DNA from: Octopus vulgaris
Lineage: Eukaryota
DNA: 64,000 nucleotides
NCBI GenBank assembly: GCA_951406725.2
Contig: OX597815.1
Span: 156,860,001 to 156,924,000 of the forward strand
Direction: 5' to 3'
The translations under genes were made by a program, and so were the position numbers. Shown piece by piece: positions 25,107-37,971 of this stretch (position 1 is the first letter of the stretch; each line of letters opens with the position of its first letter). Below the pieces are notes generated by a model. It did no database searches, was not told the origin of the DNA, and was given only the letters and a program-made list of their open reading frames with translations.

Positions 25107-27564
25107 GCTCACTCGCACACACATACGCACACGTGAATACATACATACATACATAAATATATACATGCATACATATAGGCACACACACGCACTCGTGTTC
25201 ACATCCACATTCACTCTCTCTCTCTCTCTCTCACACACACAATTAGGACTTTTTATCAAAACTAATAAACTGATAATTATTGTAACATAGAAATATGAGA
25301 AATTAGTTTGATTAATATTGTTCCGTTTTATATTCAGCTCACTTGTAATGCATCTGTGCACTTGAGTCAAGAGGACAATACACTCCGAATGAATAACTTA
25401 TGATTGAACACAATCACTCAAGCATATTCCCGCACGCACATACATACGCAAGCGATCGATCACACACTCATACACATGCAATGCGTGTCCATGCATGCAC
25501 GTAAACTCATTTATGCGCGCATGTATGCATATGTATTTACGCTCGCCCGCAACAATCCGCCATTATATTTTCAAATAGCTGTGTCTACAGCTCAGATTTC
25601 ACAATTAATAAAGAAAAAAATAACCTACGTGTTGAGGAAGATCAGCAGGTAATTGCCTTTCTTGAATAGCGTTAATTTTCGGTGAGAAGATTCCCTCCAA
25701 TACTTTCATTGATTTATGTTGTTGTTGGTGTTGTTTTTATGTTTAACGGCGGGCATTTCTATTAAATTAATTTGCTTTAGCAGACTAAATGTCGTTTGTT
25801 TTATTATTCTTTCTAATTTTGACACAAGACCATCAATTTTAATAGCAGGGAACAAGTTGATTTTTAGCGACCCTAACACCTAACTGGTACCTTATTTCAA
25901 CTACCTGGAAAGGATGAAAGGCAAAGTTGATCTCAGTAGGATTTGAGTTCAAAATGTAAAACGCTAAGTATTTTGTCTGATGCGTTATCCTTTTGACCAG
26001 CTCACCGCCTTCCTTTGTTTTATAACAAACGGAAACTCATTACTAAATGAAAATGTGAAAAGTGCTATAAAAATACCTCCGAAGCCTCTTATACTTGATA
26101 TATTGATTTCCGACATTCACATACGGATAAATTTTCACGCACCGTTCAGATGTTTAAAGTAGTACCAGTGTTTTATTTATCAACTGCGGAAGGATACAAA
26201 AGGAAATTGACCCTTTTACTCTAAAGCGTAAATGACCGTAACTAAATAACCCAAGGAATTTTGTCCGCACCTTTATCGACACTGCCACTACGTCGTGTTG
26301 AAAATATACTATCACGAACATTCCTTGAGTAGTGGATTTTCAGAGCCGGTGGAGCGTCGGGTGGCATACTTTGCCGTGTTTTGTTAAATATATTTGTTTG
26401 ATGAGTTTGAATCCAAAAAAAGTCGACATCTGTCTTACTTCTTCCTGGAAAATTATGACTACCAGTGGTTTTTGTAGTTATTTAACCTCAAACCCACACC
26501 GACCCAACCGTGTTATAACAGTCTTTCCATGACTATACTGCCTTTATAGACAGACAGTTTATCTTAAGACTAAGTTAGCCAATATATCTTTCCTTTTGTT
26601 ATGATTATACGAGGAAACTTGCTTAGTATTATTTCTTGCAGGTTAAAAAGGCCAGGTAGAAGTTTCTACAGTGTTTCGTTAAAACCAGTCATATAATGTG
26701 CTCAACTGCAAGCCTTCTCAAATGTCTGACCTTTGGTTATGTTAGTCAATATTAGGAAATCTTATTAATCAAATTAAGAATAACATCTTAGCTGTTTACG
26801 CCTAAGTTATGTCACTTCAATTCATTGCATATAAAATTAATTTAGTATTACAGATGATCTCAGATATCCAGTCCTGTATGAAATTGTTCTAGTATCAAAC
26901 GTAATCCTATATAATTACCTAAATTATATTGCAATGAATAATATATGATATGAGGAATAATTAATTTTTAATTAATCTAAAGGTTAGGATCTAAAGGATA
27001 GGATCAGAACACATGGCTGATGACTGAAGTTGTTTCAGATGTTGATTAACGTTTTTTTTTTTTAATGAGAATATCTTATAACGCAATGTGTTTGACACTC
27101 TGGTCACTCTATAATAGGCCAAGTAAAACGTCGAAGAAGTGAGAGTGAGTGACAGTCAGAGATACAAAATCTAAGTGAAAAGCTGTAAGAGATTATATAT
27201 GTAAAAAAAAAAATAACAAGCTAAGAAATAACTCGAAGTGGTCAATACCAATACCAATAACAACGAAGACGTCTGCAGAGACAGTTGGCTCAACAACCAG
27301 CCAGCTATTGTTTAGAAATCTGGGACGACATTACTGTACCTTGCGAACAGGATTTAAATAACATATGCGTTAATAAAAATTGGCCTCTTCTGGATTTTAC
27401 CAAACGGTGAGACCATGCATCTTCAATCGCATCGTCATTTATAAAATCATTGACAAAGACAGTAACATCGATACCAATATCCAAGAATATGTTGGTCTTG
27501 GTGTACAAAGCCCTCAACGCAAATTGACCAATCATCAAAACAATCCATAATTTTCTTGGGGTCA

Positions 27565-27960
27565 ATGGAAAAATATATCTTTGAAAGATGGATGATATTA
27601 TTGAGGCGTCAATTGAGTAAGACTCCACTCGGCGACTTAGTTATTCCAGGCACTTCTAATAGTGCATCTTTTTCTATATCACCAAATAGTACTTTAGTGG
27701 AAAAACTTTGGATTTCACGAGTTGCTTTGACTATTCAGTGACTATTTCAGCTCGTGGGCTAGAGAACATGATGACGTCTTGATTTACGAATCGCCTTGAT
27801 ACCAAATGGAGGATTTTACTGTTGGCATGGAATATCTGGAGCGGCCATTGAGTCTCGCTAATTTTGCGCAGAGAATCCAGGAGATATATGTTTGAATAAA
27901 ATAAACAAATACCAATATGTCAAATACCACACAACAAAACTTATTGATTTATGAAAATTA
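27565..27960 (+). pseudogene. Degenerate phosphatidylinositol-specific phospholipase C X-domain (PLCXD/PI-PLC-like) sequence, intronless over this span
   Basis: A single frame reads RWM...TPLGDLVIPGTSNSAS...ALTIQ*...RLDLRIA...FYCWHGISG...FCAENPGDICL. This matches the PI-PLC X-domain motifs IPGTH(N/D)S, RYLDLR, HG and FLxxHPxEIV. There are several in-frame stops, and the first catalytic His position is Ser. Confidence 0.7.
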
Positions 27961-27999
27961 TCTCCACTTGTACAGGATGTAACAAAATTACCTAACGGG

Positions 28000-28082
<83 letters not shown>

Positions 28083-29809
28083 CATATATACATCACAGTT
28101 TGATAACCGGTGTCGGTGTGTGTAGGTCTCCATAAATTAGTGGCTCGGCAAAAGAGTCCGATAGAATAAGTACCGGACTTTGAAAGAAATAAGTTCTGGT
28201 GTCGATTTGTTCGACTGAAAGTCCTACAAGACTAAATGCCCCAGCATGGTCGCAAAAAAATTGATATATATATATATATATATATATGTATTTAATATAT
28301 TTATAAATGTGTGTATAAATATATGTTGTGTGTGTTTCATTGTCTCCTTACGTTGACATCGTGCGACAGTTGTAAGCGAGTGTCACTGTCTGCGATCTTA
28401 GGTGAAAACATGTCTGGGACTCGAGAAGTATTACCTTAGTTGGAAATAGGTGAATGCGGGTAATAAAAAAGGCAACCGGTACAGGACGTCACCAACTGTG
28501 TAAACAACATGAAGTACGAAAACAAACGAGTTAAATACTTTAACAACGATAGAAAATGGAAAACAGGACACTTAAACACAGAGAACGATCCTTCATCAGT
28601 TGTAGGCTGTCTATCTACTCCTCATTTCGAGCATTCAACGACCATATGAGTCTTCAAAGACAGCTGCTCCCATAAATTCCGAAATAAAATTTTGGATTTA
28701 TGGAGGGTCAAAGTTGGAAACAAAAATAGGATAGTGGAGACATACAAGGAAACCGAACGGAAACAAACATGGTGGGGTCGTTAGACAAGAACAAGGGGAA
28801 AATAGTGAACACTGGGAGAAATATTTTCTTTGAAAAGAGAAAAGATAGAAGAGCGAGAATGAAAACGTCATGCCCTTAGAACGTCGTGCAGAAAAATAAA
28901 GATGGTCACGTAAGGAAAGGAAAGAGGGATGATGGTCACGTGTGAGCAACGAGAGAGAGAGAGAAAAAGAGAAAGAGGGGGAGAAAGATACGTCCCCAAG
29001 TATACCTTTACTAAATGCACAATGCCTCACCAGTCAGTACTACTCCAAATACTTGCAATCAATCCTTCCTCCCCTGCACCGTCACGGAGAACAGTTCAGT
29101 TGAATACACTAAGCAGCAAGAATACTGCATAATTGATGAATGTTTCATTGCTTTGCAGTCATGAACCGCTTCAAGGACATTAATGAGTAGCGAATAAAAA
29201 ACGACCACAACACAAATAATAATGACACTAACAACAACAGGAACAACAACAACAACGATGACGAATATGATAACGACAAAACGGCAACAACCTCAATGAC
29301 TGCCACGCCTACGAGAGTTACAAAATTAATGACAACGACATCTGAGACAACGATAAAAAGAAGAAGAAGAAGAACGACAACAACAACGATGACGACGACG
29401 ACGACGACAACAACAACAGCAACAACAAACTTATGTAAAGAAATAGCAGCTAAATCACTCGTATACGACATGACTTTAAGTGATTTGACACATTGAATAA
29501 CATGTTAGTATGTTTCTTGTAACAAAGGAGAAAGATGGAGTGTTTACATTATCTGGAAAATATTCAGTCATAAATATATTTCATCGGAGCTGATCTTAGG
29601 TCAACAACAACAACAACAACATCAAACCAATAGAGGAGCTTCAACTCGGATCGGTAGTCAATACTACTCTTAATCATTACCCTTAAAAAATAAAATGTCA
29701 CGTCGGGTAACATCTTGGATACAGCTTTCAAAACAAGGGCGCGGTTGATTATCATTGACCTGGGTTAAGCGACGGTGACAATAATAGTAATAATGATAAT
29801 GATAATAAT

Positions 29810-30230
29810 AAATCGAGGCTAATAGACTGGATATAGTTGTCAGCGATATACAAGAAAAAGAGATGTATTTTAATCAATGTATCAATACCAACAGATAACA
29901 AAGTTTCTCTAAGTAAAATGCAAACTTTCAAAATACAAAATTCTAGAATAAGAGGTAACTCGAATGTGGAGCCTAAAAACAGAAACTGTTCCTATCATAG
30001 TAGGCGCATTAGGTGCGATAAAAAATATTCAAACAAATACATAACAAAAACACCATTTCTAACAAGTATATATAAGAGATAACGGCACTACTAGTCACCG
30101 CACACATCCTACGTAAAACACTTTCAATACAGTAAAAATAAGAGCGTCACAACAAACCACAGCACATACCCAAGGTCCACAGCGCTGCCCTCGTTAGTGT
30201 AGTGATACACGTGATAAAAATAAGACTACT
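29810..30230 (+). mobile_element. R4/Dong-like (restriction-like endonuclease) LINE 3' end
   Basis: ANRLDIVV / KKKRCILINVSIPTDNKVSL / TRMWSLKTETVPIIVGALGAIK is the PD-(D/E)xK RLE C-terminus. It is flanked by (AAT)/(AAC) repeats. Confidence 0.72.
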
Positions 30231-30252
30231 GAACAACAACAACAACAACAAC

Positions 30253-30324
<72 letters not shown>

Positions 30325-30558
30325 TACATATTAAGAATATTAGAGCTGCTGTTATGCTCGAAGTGATCCACATGCACAGCACTGTTGGGAACAGTTCGCA
30401 TTTAAGGAGAGTATCGTCGCTTTGAGTTACAGGAGAAGGCACAACCTGAAACTTTTGGTGATTTGTTATTGCCTTGTTTCAAGTGAAGAATAATCGGTAA
30501 GTATGAACTATCCGAGAGTCATTCAAAATAGCAACAATAATAATATCAATAATAATAT

Positions 30559-30632
<74 letters not shown>

Positions 30633-30639
30633 ACAATAA

Positions 30640-31695
30640 TTCGGTATGGAGCGGGAATTATAAAATAGCAAAAGAGAGAAATGAAGAAAATGGATAGCAA
30701 GACCAGAAAAATATTGACAGTACGCAGAGCCTTCCACAGTAAGAGTGATACCGATAGATTGTACTTGTCCGGAAGAAAGGGTGGTAGAGGTTTAATCAGT
30801 TGCCAGGATTGTATCAAAGCAGAGAAGAACAGGTTAGGGTGGTATATAAAAAATGCCGTGGAGTCACTGTTGAAACACACGAAGAACGCCAGCGCCATAA
30901 AAACTGAAAATTGTGTGTATAAAGATAAATGTAAACAAGAAATGAACAAAAAAATAGAAAAGGCATAGAAAGAAAAAAATGTATGATCAGTTTGTAAGAA
31001 ATGTGACGCCAAGACAGATGCAGAGGAGTGATGGCTATAGATGAGGAGGAGTGATCTGAAGATAGAGACAGAAGCACTCATATTCACTGCTCAGGAACAA
31101 GCGTTAAGGACCAATTATATGAAGTGCAGAATTGCCAACATTACCGTTTCCGACAAACGCAAAATGTATGGTGAGTGGAGGGAAACGGTATGGCACATCA
31201 TTATTGAATGCCTGAAATTGTCACAACGCGAACACAAACGACGCCATGACAATGTGGCAAGAATGATCTATTGGGAGCTCTGTGGAAATCACGGCCTACG
31301 AAGAGCAAAGACGCGGTATGAACAAGCCCCAGAAGGAGTAACTGAAAATGAGAACTGCAAAATTCTATGGGATGTAATGATCCATTGCGATCACCTGACC
31401 AGGCATAGGAAACCCGACAATGTTCTGGTAAATAAAAAGGAAAGAATATGTATGATTATAGACATAGCATGCCTCGGTGACAACAGGATGAATGTGAAAG
31501 AAGAAAATATAAGCAACTAGAACGATTTATAATGGGAAATACGAAGGTTGGGGATCAATGAAGAGAGTAGACGTGGTACCAATAGTAATCGGTGCACTTA
31601 GAAGTATCAGCACTCAACTATCAACATGCTGCAAGTGTGAATATAGAACACCTTCAAAAATCAAAAATCAAAAATCACATTTCTTGGAACTGCAT
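30640..31695 (+). mobile_element. R4/Dong-like LINE fragment (post-RT region, CCHC, RLE)
   Basis: KMDSKTRKIL...HSKSDTDRLYLSGRKGGRGL, LKIETEALIFTAQEQALRT, ETVWHIIIECLKL...RRHDNVA, ILWD...RKPDNVLV...IIDIAC. Confidence 0.8.
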
Positions 31696-32148
31696 AAAAG
31701 ATGGGCTACAGCAAATATTTTGCTCAATACCACAGATTTGCTCGTTAGTTGTTTGACCTTAACCAGTTGAGCATGTCCCTTAGTGGCTGACCATATGTGC
31801 ATCTCTGATTACGAGCAGAGGTAGTGGGAGAGCATCATAGTCATGTGTTGAGAGGGATTCTTTGAGGTTTGAATAATTCACCTCTGGAAACATGAGTGTT
31901 TCGTTCAACATCCTTAAGCAACCCTTATTCGGGGACCTTTTGAGCGGGATGGGTTACTCGACCAGAAGAAAATTCTAACTAGGTTCCACCTGCAAGGTGA
32001 GATCACCATGTCGCGCACAGATGGTTACGATGCATGTGCCTAGTGTACCCCTATCAGCCTGGTAGTCATGATGGGTATATTGGGCTTCGTATATTTTACC
32101 CCAGTGTCACTTTGATGGCATGCACTGCTCTCTCACTCAATAATGCTG

Positions 32149-32212
<64 letters not shown>

Positions 32213-32238
32213 TGATGATGATGATGATGATGATAATA

Positions 32239-32282
<44 letters not shown>

Positions 32283-33007
32283 CGTTTCTGTTATAGGTAA
32301 AAGCCTGAAATTTAGGGGTAGGGGATAGTCGATTAGATCGACCCCAGTAACGCAACTGGTACTTAATTTATCAACCCCGAAAGGATGAAAGGCAAAGTCG
32401 ACCTTGGCGGAATTTGAAGCCGGAATAATGATAATGATGATAATAATACAGTACCAAGCAGTGGCCTTCATGGCTTCTGATCTTAACTCATTGGAAGTGT
32501 TATCATGTACATTGATTTGTCTTGGTATAAAAGATGGGCTACAGCAAATATTCTGCCCAATACCACATATTTGCTTCTCAGTTGTTTGATGTAAAATAGT
32601 TGGGCATGTCCCTTAGTGGCTGACCATACGTGCATCTCTGATCAGGAGCGGGAGTAGTGGGGGAGCATCATAGCCATATATTGAGAGGAATTCTTTGGGG
32701 TTTAGATAATTCACCACTGGAAACATGGGTGTTTCATTCAACATCTTTTCATTCAACATCCTTAAACAACCCTTATTCAGGGACCATTTGAGCGAGATGG
32801 GCTATTCAACCCGAAGAAAAATCTCACTGAGCCCCACCTGCAAGGTCATGTGCTGTTTATCTTGATATCAGATCACCATGTTGCGTAGATATGGTTGTGA
32901 TGCATGTACCTGGTGTACCCTTATCAGACGGGTAGTCATGATCGGAATACTCGTCTTCGTATATTCTACCCTAGTGTCACTTTGATGGCATGCACCACTC
33001 TCTCACA
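31696..33007. repeat. Two diverged direct copies (31696-32138 and ~32450-33007) of a ~0.5-kb dispersed repeat, each ending in (AAT)n
   Basis: Shared blocks include aaaagatgggctacagcaaatatt and gtgtcactttgatggcatgcac..ctctctcac. Possibly a LINE 5' UTR in minus orientation. Confidence 0.7.
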
Positions 33008-33023
33008 TAATAATAATGATAAT

Positions 33024-33072
<49 letters not shown>

Positions 33073-33074
33073 AC

Positions 33075-33126
<52 letters not shown>

Positions 33127-33719
33127 CTATCAACAACAACAACAGAAACAGCAACGCACTTCACAAACTTGACAATATGTCTGTATGATATCGCAGCAGT
33201 AAGCAGTGATACAAGTAATTCCACATCATTATTGCCGCTAATGAATACAGAAAAACAGTACCTAAATCAGATTTCCTATTTCTCTTTTCACAAAATACAT
33301 TTCTTTTCTATCTGTTCTAAATTCATGCAGTGTTTTACTTCAGTGCCTAATTCTTCAACACATTAACAGCAGTCGCTACATCTCTGAGATCCTATTTATA
33401 TCAACAATTTAATTTGTTCTAATATAAAGTATCACATTTGTATATTTAATGTGTATACGTGCGCATACATATACGTATGTAAGTGTGTGTGTGTGTGTGT
33501 TCGTGCTCGTGAGAGTGTGTACGAGTGTATGCATACGCATCGTTACAAATTGGATTTGGTATATGGATATATGTATACCTAAAATTAACTGTATTACGCC
33601 AATTAGTTTTAAGTTGCATATAAATTGAATTTACATGTGTGTGATATTAAACACACAAATATGCGTGTATGCGTGTTTACTTGTGTTTGTATATATGTAG
33701 ATATCTATGTATTTCTCTG

Positions 33720-33768
<49 letters not shown>

Positions 33769-33820
33769 GTATCTATCTATTTTTCTGTCTATCTATTTTT
33801 CTGTGTGTCTGTCTATCTAC

Positions 33821-33850
<30 letters not shown>

Positions 33851-33851
<1 letters not shown>

Positions 33852-34473
33852 CGGGAAGGAAGAGCTATTTTCATCATCCTTGTGGCTATGGCGAAAGAAT
33901 GTATCTGGTGGACGCGTCTGAAAGGATTGGAGACAAACACTTTCCTCTCTGGTCAATCTCTCATCAACTTCTTCAAGTACCACTTGAAAAGGAAAGTGAG
34001 AGTAGAGAGGCAAGTTTTGTCTAGCGAATGTTTTAAAAAAAGATGGGTGAATGTAGCAAGAATGGCACGTATGAATGACGAAGCCACCTTGAGCATGATC
34101 CTATGAACCCAGAAATTGAAAACAGAGAGTTGCTTATTTGCAAAAAAAAAAAAAAAGAAATATAACATGTGACTCCATTGACCGAGGTTACCGTGGTCTT
34201 TTCCGTAGGCTTTTCTTTCCACGGGTAAACCTCACCTGTCCTCCCCTTTACACTTCATATTGACATTTCTGTGATAACGATCCCTATTGATCAATTTTTT
34301 TTCCTCTCCCCCTTTTTTTAACCCCCTTTTTTTGTCCTCTTTCTCTCCTTTTACGATCCCTTTTGATCGAAACTCCCCCTTCCTTTTTTTTTTTTTTTTA
34401 ACCTTCAAAAGAAAAGCTCTACCTTGTAATTTGTTCTATCTGTGTGCAGCCCTGTGTGGCTAATAAAGAAACA
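33851..34473 (+). mobile_element. 5'-truncated Tx1-group LINE (second family) inserted in (TATC)n
   Basis: [25 protein letters not shown]...[26 protein letters not shown] aligns with the ORF2 C-terminus at ~16000-16230 (REERACFLSVVAMAKEVVWKTRVKG...FFVFHMKRKIRLEKKCLSQSVFRKRW). Stop at 34104-34106. The 3' end is AATAAAGAAACA followed by TATCTATC. Confidence 0.85.
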
Positions 34474-34505
34474 TATCTATCTATCTATCTATCTATCGAT
34501 CCATC

Positions 34506-34595
<90 letters not shown>

Positions 34596-34716
34596 TCAAA
34601 ATTACGATTTTTATAATTAAGATAATTTTAATAATAATTATTACTTTTGAAGGTTTTTATTCCCATGCTGGCCACTTGATAAGATCGATAATTAAATTAA
34701 GAATCTTATCTTTATT

Positions 34717-34805
<89 letters not shown>

Positions 34806-36129
34806 CAATTTATAGATACATGCATACATACATACATACATACATACATACATACATACATACATACATACATACTATATGGATGGGTGGATGGATGAAC
34901 GGATGGGTGGATGGATGGATGGATGGATGGCGGACAGACAGAAAGACAGATAGATAGATAGAAAGACAAACTGAGACATACATACACACGTGCACGCACA
35001 CGCATACTCTTATGTATCTATTCTATTATGATATAATCTACCTTGCTGATTTTTAAGGGAAAAAACAGAAGCATTTTAGAAAGCCTGATAGGAAAATATT
35101 TGAGAAGTGTGCAAACGAAAAATATCACTCCATAAAAGACTACGGAGAGAAGAATAGCTTATTGACGTCAGCAGTCACGTGCAGGATGCGCTGCGAAGTA
35201 AACAATGCAATTCGGTATGGCTGTTTAGAAATTGCAATAATCCATTTGCTTCGATAACGTGGAACCAGCTAAAGACATATTTTCACAAGCAGCAACAATC
35301 AGACTTACCATTCAACTCAGAGTTCTGTATGGATGTGGCGTTCATTGCTTTCTTGTTATGAAATGAAAGGAAACTAACGCAGTCTGCACAAGGGATGCGA
35401 TATTTTTAATTACATTTTTTTCATCTTTTACTAGTTTCAGTCGTTGAACTGCGGCCACGCTGGAACACCACTTTTAAGACTCCAATCGATCAAATCGAAC
35501 CTCATTTTGTCAAAAGGTGCATGGTGGGACAAGCACAAACACAAATATAAACACACGTGTTCGCGTACACACACACACACACGTATGCGTGTATGAATAT
35601 ATGTATGTATGTATGTGTATGTATGTATGTATGTGTGTTTGTATGTATGTATGTATTATGTATGTATATGACGGGGGCTTTCACACAATTTCCATCTATC
35701 AAATTCACTCACAAGGCATTGGCAGCTCCGGAACTATAGTTGAAGGCTGTTGCCCCCGAAAATCCCCTAGAGTGAGACTGAACCCGAAACTGCGTGGCTG
35801 CTAAAGGAGCTTCTTCACGATAACCATTTTTTTTTCCAGCATTCTCCTTTTATCAAGTTGAGCAGTGTTACGACACCTAATGTAAGGAATATAGTGTGAA
35901 ATGGTTGTACGCCTGAGAACAGACAATATACAGGTGTTATAAGCTATTAATTAATTCAACTTAATTTAATGAGTTCAGATCTCACTGTGATCAACTTTGC
36001 CTTTCATCCTTCCGGGCTCAATACAATAAAGTAATTTACTTGATATAATCAACTGTTGGCGCCTCAAATATCTCTGGCCTTGTGCATATGTATGAAATCA
36101 ATTTAGTCTTATATATTTTTACATATTTA

Positions 36130-36760
36130 AAGAGACGGATCAGCTTGGCTCTTTTTAACAAGCAACTCGATTTTTGTCTTTGATAGTCTTGCACGAAATT
36201 TATTCTATGTAACAAACATTGCTGAAGTTTCTTGTTCACAACGACAGGCAGATGGGAAAAGCAAAAGGTTCAACATACGTTTTCCAGATGCACACACTTG
36301 CGTTTGGACAGTTGTGATTATTTCAAAATTCAATTGCTCTTTTACAAACATCACACAACTCTGCAATTCTTCTTGCTTACTTTTGAGTCTATTTTCACTC
36401 ATGCAAAGCTAGATCATTTGCAATGGGAACAGCGATTCCGTTTACAAGGCCACGAATGTTTCTGTTGTTGTTTCGTCTCAAATGAAACCTAGCCTTGTGG
36501 ATTTATAATCAAAGACGTTGCAACCACGAACAGCAATATTAATAATGTAGCTGCAGATTTACTATTCCAGTGTTGTAGTCCTTGTTTTGAAACAATAAGA
36601 TATCATTTGAATGAGATATGGTTGCTATTTCTATTTCTAGCAAGCACATCGACTGCTTAGAAACTGTCTTGCAGACACCAAGCTTTATGCACAAAGTAAA
36701 TACTCTGACTGAAGCTTCAAGGAACGAAACAATGCAGATAGCATAAAACTTCATTTTAAA
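36130..36760 (-). mobile_element. hAT (Charlie/Buster-like) transposase remnant
   Basis: KRMLNLLLFPSACRCEQETSAMFVT*NKFRARL resembles the hAT C-terminal dimerisation motif LLPFxSTYxCExGFS...KxKxRxRL. Confidence 0.6.
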
Positions 36761-37371
36761 ATGTTACTGAATTAGATAACTTGTAAAGATAAATTAACTA
36801 ATTAAAGTAAAAGTAAGAATAGGCAATGATATGATGCCATGATAAATAAACCTAATTATTTTCCATAATTAAACCTTTTAACTAAATATAAATTCCCTAA
36901 GTAAGGGATTCTTAACTAATTATAAATGCACTAAATAGAGGACTCGGATAATCAGAAAAGTTGAATCTTATAATACCAATGTGACGCTAAATTGATATTG
37001 GAGCGTTGTTTGTCGTCGTAGTCTCAAATGAAGGAAATTGTCCTTGCTGTCGTCGATGGTGTAATCTTTGTCTTTGCTATCGTCGTTGTTTTCCTCATCA
37101 TCAACGCTGCTATCAGTCGTCTCATCTGATTGCAATAACAAGCAAATTACCCCAAATTACACATTTCTGCCTATTAAATATGCATTGGCAACAGCCATAT
37201 CAGCTGCTTGCCCATACAAAGTTTAAAGAGTATTCCTGTAACAACGGATCTCCCAACTGTTATTCAAATCTGCCACATGTGACTTTGGCATTCGTCTCCT
37301 AGTCTGGTGTTGAGCTCTCATTCTAGTTCGGCATTAACGTGTATATATATATATACGTTAATATATATAAA

Positions 37372-37405
<34 letters not shown>

Positions 37406-37428
37406 TTTATCGATTCTGGTGAATCAAC

Positions 37429-37465
<37 letters not shown>

Positions 37466-37478
<13 letters not shown>

Positions 37479-37831
37479 GGCAGTTTGTCTGTGTGTGTTT
37501 CTGTGTGTCTGTCAGGTTGTACCCTCACCCTGACCACGGCTTTCAACCGATTCTGATGAAACTTGACACACACATAGCCCAATGTCATAATTCAAAACTA
37601 ACGCAGCGAAAATTTTGAAAAGTTCCCCCAGTTCTGAAAAAAATCGATAAATTCGACATGGGGTCGAGAATCAGAAACACAAACAACAGACTGTCTAGGG
37701 GGCGCAACTCGACCTTTTTAACTAAAAAAATTTACCATCATTTTTTTTTCCATTTTTTGGCTATAACTCTCTAAAAATGCTTTATAGTTATTTCCCTTAC
37801 AAACCCGAGCAACGCCGGGTGATACTGCTAG
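37466..37831 (+). mobile_element. Non-autonomous Helitron (~366 bp) of the same family as the adjacent autonomous element
   Basis: The 5' ~245 bp match the 5' end of the autonomous Helitron (reverse complement of ~43743-43988). The 3' end has the hairpin CCCGAGCAACGCCGGG and terminates CTAG|T. The expected 5' TC reads as TA within the microsatellite. Confidence 0.85.
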
Positions 37832-37971
37832 TATATATATATATATATACTAGCAGCATAGCCCGGCGTTGCCCGGGTCTGTAAGAGCCCCTAGTAGGCA
37901 ACGACTAATCCCAATGTAGTCCTTTCCCTCCAGGGAACGAAGGTGCATGTGGACGTTGCAATGTCTTGTCT

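Noticed and set aside
28570-28640. CTGATGA and GAAA on the minus strand (also CTGAAGA at ~2505 and CTGATGA at ~5213) as hammerheads
   Set aside because: I could not form the stems II/III with correct topology.
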